Shown: one piece after another, positions 1 through 12,337 of the stretch
Layout of the letters: the number at the start of each line of letters is the position of its first letter
Position numbering within the stretch: the stretch's first letter is position 1
From: Heptranchias perlo
Taxonomy: Eukaryota
DNA length: 64,000 nt
Direction: 5' to 3'
Assembly: GCF_035084215.1 (NCBI RefSeq)
Contig: NC_090351.1
Span: forward strand, 28,582,001-28,646,000
Position numbers and translations under genes: made by a program
Notes under the pieces: generated by a model
Seen by the model: the letters and a program-made list of their open reading frames with translations, nothing else
Database searches by the model: none
Told to the model about the DNA's origin: nothing

Positions 1-382
1 TACTTGTCCTGGATCATGAATGGGGTGCTCCAGTCATATGAAATCTTTTCAACAAGAGTTTTATCTTGAGGATGGTAACCTCTGCCATTGCCTTCAATTG
101 CAGCATTGTATAGATAAATGACATATCTTTGTGCACTCACTGGCATCTAAATGTTGGTTACATTTTTAAATATAGTGTTTGTGAAGTCCCTGTAAGACAC
201 GACTCTAATATCATTAAAAGTGAATTTTTAAAAGGCCCCATGCCAGTTGTAATCATGGTGTGAAAAGTTGAGATGCAGGTGGTAATTTTTAACTTAACCC
301 ATCGACTGGAAATGGCTGGGTTCGGGTTGGCCGCCCATTTTACAGCCCGCCTGATTTATTCTCCAATGGAGAGTTTTTAAAA

Positions 383-606
383 TTCATTCTTGGGATATGG
401 GTGTCGCTGGCAAGGTCAGCATTTATTGCCCATCCCTAGTTGCCCTGAGAAGGTGGTAGTGGACCTTCTTCTTGAACCCCTGCAGTCCGTTGTGTGAAGG
501 TGCTCCCACTGTGCTGTTAGGTAGGGAGCTCCAGGATTCTGACCCGCGATGATGAAGGAACGGTGATATATGTCCAAGTCGGGATGGTGTGTGACTTGGA
601 GGGGAG
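383..606 (-). mobile_element. family A LINE 3' fragment
   Basis: similar to 9385-9610. Confidence 0.85.
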
Positions 607-1960
607 CTTGTCTGGGTTGTCAATCCTCTCTGTCCCTCAGCACTTGGGGACAAAGAATTGCTGTAATCACTCTGTACAGTAAGAGCAGAAACATCTTCAT
701 TCTGAATGTCTTTATGATATTGCTACATAGCAATCAGAAACAGGTCTTAATTTGTTGTGCAGATTTCTGTTTTCCCTGCTCATGCGCAAGAGCTGTTCTG
801 TGATCAGTTTCTATTTCCAAAGTATGGGCAACACATGGATCCATATTCAACTGGCTAAGTTATCAGAAACCAATTGGATAAGTAAAGAGTAGAAGGATCC
901 AGACATGGCAATGATGCAGAAAGGAGATGAAAGTAATCTTTATATAAATGGCATAATTAGAAAGGTGGTTTATTTTCCCTTTTCCTATCATTTTAGATTC
1001 TTTAGTGTTGTGTTATACTTTTGGGTACTATTTTACGCAATATATTAGGATTGATCTGAGGAGATTGAATTAATGTCAACAGCACATATTACTAAATATT
1101 TACTTGATCAATATCTGCGTTTTGGCACCATTCAGTGCAATGCTATAATTTTCTAAATCATTCATTTTTAAAACTGTAATTTTAACATGTTAATGAAGAA
1201 ATCTTTTTTTTCTTAAAACAAAATGTAGGTTGCATGACTTTGATATTGTTTAAACTTGTAAATATGCTGTCTGTTGTTTGTACTTGGTTACTCAGAGCTG
1301 GACTTTACCTATTCACAGACACAGTATCTTTTGTAGCTTTTGTTAAGTCTCTGTAAATGTGTGTTAAACCACGAGAACCATGAACTTTTTGTTAACTTAA
1401 ACTGTAAATGGTTCTGGTACCAAACGTTTTACGATCAAGATTGCAACATTTGTCCTTAAAATAATCTGGCTGCCTCCAGTACTATCTGCCAGTATATTCA
1501 CAGGCCAGCAGTCACATTTGGAGTGAATTGCCCTGAGCTTATTTTGGGTTTGGAAGGCTGCTTCATACTGGCACCTCCAAAATCCGATCTGAGTTCGGGT
1601 GCACAGTGAAATCCTGACATAATGACATATGCAAGATGACATCATGCTGTACGCATACAAAAAGTTTTGTTAATCATTAAAAATATTTTAACGTTATTTT
1701 CCCAGGAGGAGAATGATTTTAGACATTTTATAAACGTGTTCCTCACTAGCTCTGCTTACCTTTTCCCTTTGGGACCCAAACTGCAGAAGACCAAGGTAAC
1801 ACTGCAGTTTGAGATCTGCAGTTCAGGAGCTGGGGCTTCCAGAGTCAGGCTTGGAGACTGATTTGATCTGCCACCAACCCTATTTGCACATCATCTTTAG
1901 CATCACTACAAAGTGGGAAGCTAAAGAAGATGTATGAATGCCACTTGGAGTAATGAAAAG

Positions 1961-2572
1961 AAAGACTTGCATTTATATAGTGCCTTTCACAACCTCAGAA
2001 CGTCCTAAAGCGCTTTTACAACCAATGAATTACTTTTAAAGTGTATCTGCTGTTGTAATGTAGGAAACGTGGCCGCCAATTTGTGCACAGCAAAAGGTCC
2101 CACAAACAGCAATGAGATAATAACCAGATAATCTGCTGTAATGATCTTGGTTGAGGGATAAATATTGGCCAGGGCACTAGGGAGAACTCCCCTGATCTTC
2201 TTTGAATAGTGTCATGGGATCTTTTATGTCCAAGGCAAACGAGGCCTCAGTTTTACATAGAATGTACAATACAGAAACAGGCCATTCGGCCCAATAGGTC
2301 CATGCCGGTGTTTATGCTCCACACGAGCCTCCTCCCTCCCTACTTCATCTAACCCTATCAGCACATCCTTCTATTCCTTTCTCCCTTATGTGTTTATCTA
2401 GCTTCCCCTTAAATGTCTCATCTGAAAGACGGCACATCCGACAGTGCAGCACTCCCTCAGTACTGCACTGAAGTGTCAGATTAGATTATGTGCTCAAGTC
2501 TCTGGAGTGGTTGTTGAACCCACAGCCTCTGACTCAGAGGCGACAGTACTACCACTGAGCCAAGGCTGACAC
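1961..2572 (-). mobile_element. same SINE family, interrupted by a CR1 3' fragment (2255-2414)
   Basis: reverse complement of the 25641 SINE; other copies at ~23030-23480, 32030-32480, 37330-37460 and 60940-61330. Confidence 0.8.
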
Positions 2573-3176
2573 CTTAATGAAGGAATGAGCAAGGCAATTG
2601 ACTAGAATAAGTGTTTTCTAAATTAATTTGTACTGGATAACATTGATCTTACAGATAATTGTGGAGCCTTTGGGAGTAGGTGAAAATCATACTGGAAGAA
2701 GGATCTGAACATGTGTTAAATATTCACTTCATAAATAAAGTCGTTGCACAAATCCCATCTCCACTCAAATTGATTCAGAAATCTAGAGGTCAGTATTACA
2801 TGTTATGAAAAAGCACAAATAAATAATTGTTTATGTGGCACTCAGACTAGCTGAGATGCACCCTAGAATCCTCAAGGAAAAGAGTGCATAAAGAATTATG
2901 TTCTGGTTGGTATTTTTAAAAATTCCATCAATACAGAATCTTTTAAAATTCCATCATCAATAAAGTCTTAGCTTCAGACTGCACAGATACCTAAAGCTAC
3001 AGCTTCCAAAGACACGAGTGAAATAGGCCCAAACACATTCCATGTGTATCGTTTATTGATCAAGGTGGGTTGAGGTTTTATTGATCTATAAAACTCTTCA
3101 GAACAAATTAACATAAATTTAATAGTTTGATTCAATCTTAAAAGATTGCAACAGTGACAATAAAAAGCCTTTAGTA

Positions 3177-3340
3177 TTATTCACTGTCAACACAATCTTC
3201 TAACTTTGCAAATAGGTTGTTTTGCAAGGTGTTGATTTCCTGTTTCTTTTCTGTGAGCTGCTCTTTAAGTTCATTGATTTTCTTTTGCTCTTTAAGAATT
3301 TTCTTTCCAGTTGCCATAAGAGGAACTAGACAGGCATGCC
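3177..3340 (-). CDS. Cys-loop/coiled-coil exon of the Gla gene (donor at 3185 or stop at 3177)
   Basis: ttttcag|GG HACLVPLMATGKKILKEQKKINELKEQLTEKKQEINTLQNNLFAKLEDCVD(S|gtgaat or SE*); phase-1 start fits the previous exon; minus-strand AATAAA at 3077-3082 and 3052-3057. Confidence 0.65.
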
Positions 3341-4863
3341 CTGAAAATAGAATCAGAATATTACTGTTACTCAGACCAAGGGCATAGTTACTATAGAATT
3401 GTCATTAGAATGGATTTACAGTAGTGGTGTGATAAAGTTTTAATTACATTTTGTTGTAATGACAGTTACCTAGTTGTGATGTAAAAGGAATAGATGTAGA
3501 AATAAAGCAGTATATGCAGATACTGAGAGTAAAACTGCATGGACCCATACCAAAACTGCAACCCTGGTAGTTCAGGGACATATGCCATCTATAGTATGCA
3601 ACTCATCACTGTTAGCCCATTAGAAGCTGTAGCCTATGTTTCCTGCTATTGCAGAGTGCTTTGAAGACCATCTGACTCAGATGACCACCTTCATAAACTA
3701 TATTACGCAAAGCTGAAACCATAAAAGCACAAACACTAATCTTACACGGTTCTCATGGTGGTGACGATTCAGAAACAAGTATAAACTGGCAGTGGGATGA
3801 CAACATGAATTACCCCATATCAACTGCCTTACACCCCTGTACTACCCATTGCATCTTGCTCATAATGCTTGAAATATGTTCTCACCACTGTTCCAACTTT
3901 CTATTTTAAGTCTGAGCATGTGTTCACATTATATAATTGCACACATCTCGCATGCATATCACAAAAAATATTTCAGATATATGGGTTTTCTTTAAACACC
4001 AATTTCTAGGAAGCCATTTTCCTTTCTTGCAACTATGACGTCTAGGAAATAGAATTGATTATGATGCTTTAGTTCCATGATGAATTTAGTAAGAAGGTCC
4101 CTGCAATCTTCAAGACTGCTGTTCCATGGAGCTACACTACAAATGTATTGTGCACATATGCCATTTAGACCAGAATTGATTGTGGCTGATGCACTTCATT
4201 CCTGTCTATCCAAACAAGGGCTTCAGCTGTGTTCAGGAATAAAAAGACTGTGTTTACCCTGATCATCAGCTGGGACAAGAAAGTAACTTCTGATTGGTTG
4301 AGGTACTTCCATTGGTTGGAAGTTCAGAGAATAAGTTTAGTGCTCTACACTCCCCACTAAGTTACTTAAAAAGCCTCCAAAGCATATGAAGTAAATATTC
4401 TAATTAGGAATTATTATTATGAAAGGTAAACCCTTCTTATCCTATAACTGGGATATGAATCTGGCACAAGAGGATTCACAATTTGTCAATACTGGCAGAC
4501 TGTTTGGATCTGATATATCAAATTTGAAATATTAGAACCAAGCAATCACCTCATTGTTTAAATTAAAAGCACCTTCATAAAATTATCTGTGCTAACAGGC
4601 TTGCTTGTTAACATGTTTACAGTGAATGGAAACTGGAAATTTTTTGGCCACAAAGATTTTGCTGTCTCAATCGTTCCTCAATCGTTAAGTATTGTTTGGA
4701 AGCAAGATTCATTTAACCAACACTTTTTAAACTAAATTATGCTGGAATTATTTCTAAATTAAAAACATTTAGGGGATCACACAATTTCTTTACCCTGTTT
4801 ACATTCAATGTTTCTCCAGTTCTGTTAAGTTACTGAACCAAAAAAAGAATCAATCATACATAC

Positions 4864-4894
4864 TTCCATGAATATAATCTTCCCAGAAGACTTC
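4864..4894 (-). CDS. aromatic-stack mini-exon of the Gla gene
   Basis: tctctttcctttgtag|GAA GTC TTC TGG GAA GAT TAT ATT CAT GGA A|gtatgt = EVFWEDYIHG (FWxxY), phase 0-1. Confidence 0.82.
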
Positions 4895-7800
4895 CTACAA
4901 AGGAAAGAGATAGATTTTACTTCAAGAACTTTAAGAAATGTAAATCACAAATAAAAACATACCTACAAAGACTTTATCAACAATGATAACAAATTACATT
5001 TATATAGCTCCTTTAAGGTAGAAAAACATCTCAAGGAATTTCACAGAAGTGTAAGCAAAATGGATGTCAAGTCAAAGAAGGAGATAGGTTTTAGAAGGGA
5101 TGACCAAAAGCTTGGTCAGTGAGGTGGGTTTTAAGAAAGGTCTTAAAGGAGGAGGTGATGGAAAGGTGTAGGGGTTCAGGGAGCAAATTCCAAAGAGAGT
5201 GATCCTTCAATCTGGTGTTCCAAGCAGGGAGCGGCACTTGTAGTGATATCGCAGCCCATGATTTTCTGTCTGTAAAAATTAAGTGGGCCACACATCCATG
5301 ATTTAGTGAGATACACTCGCTGTGAACTTCGCTCCCCACTTAAGAGCACTGGATTACATAATCACCCCTTAAACACTGTGCAGTCTTTTTATTGCCCATT
5401 CCTGTTTACCAGCCTGATATAAAATAAATAGGTTAGCATATTAATTAGACCCATAAGGGTAGATTTTATGACTGGGCCTGTTCTTTGGGTGTAAATTGGG
5501 CACTGCAAATTGGAAAACTGAGTGGAGATCTGCTGCTCCAGATCGCTGCCCTTTTAGTGTCTTCAATTGGGATTACACAGAGTGTAGAAAGCCCTCAGTA
5601 ATTTGTGGGCGGATGCTTATGAAAGAGTGCATGATGGCACCATGATGCGATTCATGCAAGTTTCATCATTTCTTCCCATTTCACGTCATTTCCTTTATCT
5701 GCTCATGTGAGCTGAATGTTCAGGCTTGGCCTGGTGGACCTCCAAAATGATATCAGTTTTAAAGAGACCAGTAGTGAGAGTGCAACATTATCAGGCCATT
5801 GCTAAAGCTTTTCTCTTGTGTCTTTTTCCCTGTTGCCATGAGTTGTTGTGTAGAGCCTTCCTAACTATTGCTGTGGTGCTGCCTTTATGTCCGTTCCCAT
5901 GATGCCATAATGGGTTTTCCATTGGAAATTCTCTTACGTCTTTGTTTTTTTTGGGAGGAAGACTGACAGAGGGATGCCCAGCAGGTAGGACTGAACCTGA
6001 AACACTCAGAACCTACCCGCCAGTGACCCAACACTGGAATATACAGGCAAAGGCACACTCTCATCTGTTATTGGCTTCTTATTCCTGTAGTCATAAACAA
6101 AGTGCCACAAGGGTTAAAAGCCCCAACATAGCAATGCACGTGGCCATTCTGCCTTTTAAAACGTACCCGAGACCCCAGTAAGTAGCGTGCAAGTTGTGGA
6201 AACATTAATAGCCCCATGTTTTCTAATAGGTGAGCTACAACATTACATGGCTTCTTTGGAAGATGTTAGGTGTGCCATACGTTAGTATAGGGTGCCTTGT
6301 GATGGTGTGATTAAGGCTAGATTTCATAAATGAGAAATATACATACAAAGTCCAGGTGCAGCTCTTAGAGGTGAAAGTACCTGTTACTAGTATGCCATAA
6401 CATTTAATCTGATGCAACCAAATTCGGAATGCACCTATTTTTGAAAATTTCCGAGGGTGGAAAATTTCTTGCACAGCTGACTGACTGACCTCCTCACCAG
6501 TGACACCACATTGACTTGCTCAGTGACTTTGTCCCACACATGCCTCGCTTTTGAAGAGGGTGCCCCTTGATCCAAACGTGACAGCTCTCCTTCGCTGCAG
6601 CTCCCTCAGTATCTCTGCCCTGGTCACTTGCACTCCTTCAGTCCATGTCCCCCTTCTGTCAAATCTTGCAACTCAGCACTTAGCTGCATCATATTATAAA
6701 TTACGGCATACTAGATTGGTTATACACTGGTCAGCAATCCTTGAAGGCACAACTGCAGCCCTTTAAATGTGCTGCTGTTCAGATATCCCACTCCAACACC
6801 CTTTTCGCTCACAGAGGATTTCCCCAGGTTTTCCAATGTCCCCTCACTTAAATGCAACCGGTGCGCTCCCAGTGCAATTCACATTACACATAGGAAAGGC
6901 AGAGGTTGGGATTCCCTGGGCAGATGCAGAAATGTGCCGATGCAGCTTCTTAAAACAGGACCTGCACTCCCTGTTGGTGGCAAAGTTTGAAACCTGGGCA
7001 TTTTCTAGTGTGCATTGTGTTGAGATGAGGCAGGATGCTGCTAATGGCAGGGGGCAGGGAGGACAACCTATATCAGGCGAAAAAGTCAGGGGAGCAAATA
7101 AAAATCCAAAACAAAGAACCAAGCAATGGTGCAATGCCCAGAAACCAAAAACGGCAAAAAGAACAAGACTAATCTCATCAAAAACTTTATAGTTCTAAAA
7201 ATATTTCCTGCAAGAGTGCACTTTGTTCCAACTTTTAAAGATGCCCAGAGGAGGCCTCCCACCACAGGAGCAAAGCATTGGAATTCAAGGGTCAGTAAAG
7301 ACACACCCCTAACTTGCTCCAAAATGAATGCACTAATGAGGCTTGCACCATGGAACCGCACAAGCCTCCTTCACCCCCAGCATTGCCCCACTGGAAAGCT
7401 CACAGCTAGTGAAAATCAAGACGCAAGGCAAAACACCCTTGTTCTCCGCCCCTTCCCTGCGTCTGGCACATGCCTGCATATGTAGATGGGATCTCAGCCC
7501 CTGTTACCTGCACATTGCTCAGTTCATGCAAGGGATGCATGGATAATATTTCAATTAGCAGGACTCACTAGATACCAGTTGGTCCATGACCTGTGGCGAT
7601 GACATGAACTGTGTGCACTTGCCGGTACAAAATTTAACCAATTATTCCCGCCACTCGTGTGCCATTGTTTCTACCTACAGTAAACAGGTAATATTTTTGT
7701 GCACCAATGACAAAAAATTAGAACTTTCCCTTGCTGGGATGCATCAGTCTCCAGCTGTCAGGCTTATATCTCTACTCAGTACTGACAGAGACAAACTGCT

Positions 7801-7941
7801 GGTCCATCCAATACATTATCCTGAACCAATTTGTAACCCACCCCAACTATGCCAGAGAGTGTCTCCTTGACCTGTATAAAATAACATTTCAAATGAAAAA
7901 AATTAGATCAAACCAGATTTGAATAAACTTTAAATCCTTAC

Positions 7942-8093
7942 TGTGTTTTTGTTATTTTGAAAAACCTCTCTGGCCTCCTCGAAGGAACAAATATTTTCAA
8001 TACACTTTCTTTCCAGATTCCCTTTCTTAGGTTCCTGGTACGTACTGAAAGGCCAGGACAGGAACATAAAAGCCGTTGATTTCTGTAAAAACA
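7942..8093 (-). CDS. propeptide + Gla-domain exon of an unnamed vitamin-K-dependent protein (gene or pseudogene)
   Basis: tatttag|TG TTT...: (V)[50 protein letters not shown]|gtaagg; carboxylase-recognition F/A/L spacing, GNLERx[11 protein letters not shown]; canonical phase 1-0. Confidence 0.88.
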
Positions 8094-8499
8094 CTAAATA
8101 ATAACAATAAAGACAAGTTTACTCCTCAGTATCTCTCTGAAGAGGATGTGGATTCTGTCTTCATTTTATTTTACAGGAAAATGGAGAATGCATGATGTTA
8201 AGCCACTAAACACAGACTTCACAAGGATTTAGTAACTCCTGAATAAGAGTAAGTAAACTTTGTAGATCTCACCATAAATACTTATGCATGCTTATCATCC
8301 CCATTTTACTCGAATAGCTTGTGTTTTGGACCTGCAGTTTGCAGACATTAAACTTCTCGCACTCTTCTGCACAGCTCTGACATCCAGCTCTACCCCTCCC
8401 CCACTTCATCAACCCTATAACCACCCCTGTGCTGTCAGACTGCTTGTCCAATGTCAAGTCATGGATGAGTCAAAGTTGCCTTCAACATTGAGAAGACTG

Positions 8500-9150
8500 A
8501 ATTCATCCTTTTGGTCCCAACCATAAACTCCATCTCTTTCCCCGACCACTTTCTAAGGCTGATTTAAACCTTGCAAAACCATGGTCTCCTGTTTGACCCA
8601 ACACTGAGTTTCAAACCTCACATCCTATCTGGCATCAAAACTGCAACATTGCTCACCTCTACCCATACCTCACCTCCCCCGCCCCCCCCACAACTGACAC
8701 TGAAACCCTTATCCATGCTTTTGTAATAACTAGCCTCAATTTCTCCGATATCCTCCTTGCAAACCTCCTCTCCCCTCCCCTCGGACTCGGCTGCCCATAT
8801 CCTGTCCCGTTTGCCCATCACGCCCATCCTCACTGGCTTACAATGGCTCCCTATTCCCAACACATTGAAATTAAAATCCTTATTCTTGACTTCAAATCCC
8901 CCTACAGCCTCATCTCACCCTACTTCTACAGACTCTTCCAACATTATGTCGTCTCCCGTACCCTTCATTCACCTAACACTGGCCTTTTGTGCGTCGTCCC
9001 TCCCTTTGCCTCATCACTGGTGGTAAAGCATTCAACTACCTCAATCCTGCTCTCTAGCATTCTCTTACTAAATACTTCTGCCCCTCTGCTTCTCTCTGCA
9101 CCTTTAACAACCCATCTTTTTGACAAAACTTTTGGATATCTCGCCTGACT
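8500..9150 (+). mobile_element. decayed L2 LINE 3' region
   Basis: PITPILTGLQWLP..I..KIL motif; similar pieces at 51740-52080 (+), 63700-64000 (+) and 4990-5200 (-). Confidence 0.7.
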
Positions 9151-9376
9151 CTTGCAACATGGCATGATATCCACTCTTTTATTCCTTTTATCTACTTATC
9201 TTCTTTTTTTCTTCCTCTCTGAAAAGTGCCTTTGCATTCCAGGATGATCCTGGAGTAGAAAACAGTTTTTGGCAAAGGAGACCAGTGCCCGATAGTGCTT
9301 GATGTGGTCCAGCCAGATCTGGCGATGAACGGCTGAACCAACAACACCAAGAGCAGAAAATCTGGCCATTTAAAAA

Positions 9377-11085
9377 TTTTTTTTAATTCGTTCATGGGAT
9401 GTGGGTGTCGCTGGCGAGGCCAGCATTTATTGCCCATCCCTAATTGCCCCTTGAGAAGGTGGTGGTGAGCCGCCTTCTTGAACCGCTGCAATCCGTGTGG
9501 TGACAGTTCTCCCACTGTGCTGTTAGGAAGGGAGTTCCAGGATTTTGACCCAGCGACGATGAAGGAACGGCGATATATTTCCAAGTCGGGATGGTGTGTG
9601 ACTTGGAGGGGAATGTGCAGGAGGTGTTGTTCCCATGTACCTGCTGCTCTTGTCCTTCTAGGTGGTAGAGGTCGCGGGTTTGGGAGGTGCTGTCGAAGAA
9701 GCCTTGGCGAGTTGCTGCAGTGCATCCTGTGGATGGTACACACTGCAGCCACAGTGCGCCGGTGGAGAAGGGAGTGAATGTTTAGGATGGTGGATGGGGT
9801 GCCAATCAAGCGGGCTGCTTTATCTTGGATGGTGTCGAGCTTCTTGAGTGTTGTTGGAGCTGCACTCATCCAGGCAAGTGGAGAGTATTCCATCACACTC
9901 CTGACTTGTGCCTTGTAGATGGTGGAAAGGCTTTGGGGAGTCAGGAGGTGAGTCACTCGCCACAGAATACCCAGCCTCTGACCTGCTCTCATAGCCACAG
10001 TATTTATATGGCTAGTCCAGTTAAGTTTCTGGTCAATGGTGACCCCCAGGATGTTGATGGTGGGGGATTCGGCGATGGTAATGCCGTTGAATGTCAAGGG
10101 GAAGTGGTTAGACTCTCTCTTGTTGGAGATGGTCATTGCCTGGCACTTATCTGGCGCGAATGTTACTTGCCACTTATGAGCCCAAGCCTGGATGTTGCCC
10201 AGGTCTTGCTGCATGTGGGCTCGGACTGCTTCATTATTTGAGGGGTTGCGAATGGAACTGAACACTGTGCAGTCATCAGCGAACATCCCCATTTCTGACC
10301 TTATGATGGAGGGAAGGTCATTGATGAAGCAGCTGAAGATGGTTGGGCCTAGGACACTGCCCTGAGGAACTCCTGCAGCAACGTCCTGGGGCTGAGATGA
10401 TTGGCCTCCAACAACCACTACCATCTTCCTTTGTGCCAGGTATGACTCCAGCCACTGGAAAGTTTTCTCTCCGATTCTCGTTGACTTCAATTTGACTAGG
10501 GCTCCTTGGTGCCACACTCGGTCAAATGCTGCCTTGATGTCAAGGGCAGTCACTCTCACCTCACCTCTGGAATTCAGCTCTTTTGTCCATGTTTGGACCA
10601 AGGCTGTAATGAGGTCTGGAGCCGAGTGGTCCTGGCGGAACCCAAACTGAGCATCGGTGAGCAGGTTATTGGTGAGTAAGTGCCGCTTGATAGCACTGTC
10701 GACGACACCTTCCATCACTTTGCTGATGATTGAGAGTAGACTGATGGGGCGGTAATTGGCCGGATTGGATTTGTCCTGCTTTTTGTGGACAGGACATACC
10801 TGGGCAATTTTCCACATTGTCGGGTGGATGCCAGTGTTGTAGCTGTACTGGAACAGCTTGGCTAGAGGCGCAGCTAGTTCTGGAGCACAAGTCTTCAGCA
10901 CTACAGCTGGGATGTTGTCGGGGCCCATAGCCTTTGCTGTATCCAGTGCACTCAGCCGTTTCTTGATATCACGTGGAGTGAATCGAATTGGCTGAAGACT
11001 GGCTTCCGTGATGGTGGGGATATCGGGAGGAGGCCGAGATGGATCATCCACTCGGCAATTCTGGCTGAAGATGGTTGCAAACGCT
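9377..11085 (-). mobile_element. young 5'-truncated LINE, CR1/L2-group RT (family A)
   Basis: long open RT frame: ANYRPISLLSI, QFGFR, LDIKAAFDRVWH, GVPQGSVLGP, FADDCT; A-rich 3' tail. Confidence 0.95.
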
Positions 11086-12262
11086 TGCTGTATGTGGGAC
11101 CTTGCTGTGCTCAAATTGGCTGCCTCATTTGCCTACATTACAACATGACTGAACTTTGAAAGTATTTCAATGGCTGTGAAGCACTTTGGGACATCCTGTG
11201 GAAGTGAAAGACATTATACAAGTGCAAGTTTTGTCTTAAAGATCTTTTTGAATATCCATTAATCCCACCTCTCCACTCTCAGTTTCCTAACAGCGATTTA
11301 ACTTTTGGTATTACACGAGCATTCCCGTGTTATCCTGTGCTCGAAGATCATGACCTTTTCTATGGCTCACAAATAAGCTTAAAAAAATCCTCAACGAGCC
11401 AATCTTTCACTGAAATTGTGGCATTTCTGGTTCAGTCTTATTGGTTGATTAGTAATAAAATACCATAGTGCTCCAACCACCATTCTAGTACTGAATTAAA
11501 GTTACATCTAAGTCAGAATTCTAATAAATTATCTTATAAAATAATTAGCAGTTGATACTTTTAATGTATTGTATTGATACAGAAACATGATCCTCAGAAT
11601 CCCTCTCAATTAAACTATTAATTATAAAACTTACAGGAATTTGTCAGGCAGCACCCATAGAAAAGCAACAGGATTGTTACATTCTTGAAAATGACCGTCA
11701 TGGTTGAGATTCAAACTCTTTCCTTTTTTATAAGCACTGGGACAGTGAAGACCAAAGTTGTACGAGATGGTTCCACTCCTCCTCTGTTTGCTCTTTCATT
11801 GTTTATGTAACCGGTGTTTTTGCTCATTCCAATATTTTAGTTAATAAATAACAAGATATGTTCTAAAGCTGCATTGGCACAAAAATGCACCAAACTTCGT
11901 CTCTGATGCAATATCTTCAACACTGCAGGTATCAGTAAACTATTTTGTCATATTATGTGGGTGATTTTATTGTACGGTGCGGCATACAACTGCACTACAC
12001 CAAAATATAACTTACTGAATGGATCAACAGTTATCTATTGGAGCTGTTTAGGTTGAGTGTTCTTTGTATCTGCCATACCACAGCGGAACCAGAGGGTTTA
12101 AACCACATAACATATGGAACCTATATCACGTTATTTGAATATGTACTGGGTTCTACTGCCGTAAAACAGTGTGTTATTTCTCAGTAAAACCATTCCATGG
12201 TAGAAGTTTGCAAACACCCCTCCTTTTATCATGTAATACAAAGCCACATGATAAATATTCAC

Positions 12263-12337
12263 CAGCAATAAATGCTTGCAGTACTAACAAAATACAGGTT
12301 ACAATGGAAGAAAAAAATCAACTGGACAAAGAAACAT
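12263..12337 (-). other. candidate signal-peptide exon of the Gla gene, frameshifted in a T7 run
   Basis: MFLCPVDFF/SSIVTCILLVLQAFIA G|gtgaat needs +1 nt in the run at 12311-12317; phase-1 donor completes the GTG (Val) of the Gla exon. Confidence 0.4.

Noticed and set aside
5455-7580. Overlapping ORFs of 70-140 aa
   Set aside because: No coherent protein; looks like decayed DNA-transposon (Harbinger-like) sequence whose ends I cannot define
7731-7875. Plus-strand peptide SVLTETNCW...QYIILNQFVTHPNYARECLLD resembling a trypsin-like protease segment
   Set aside because: Catalytic His is absent, spacing is too short, there are no convincing splice sites, and it is antisense to the Gla exon; likely chance
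8270-8305. Nearby donor (TG|gtgaga) as the signal-peptide exon of the Gla gene
   Set aside because: In-frame TAA for a phase-1 join and no hydrophobic core
9192-11114. 640-aa ORF as a host gene
   Set aside because: It is LINE reverse transcriptase reading through into flanking DNA
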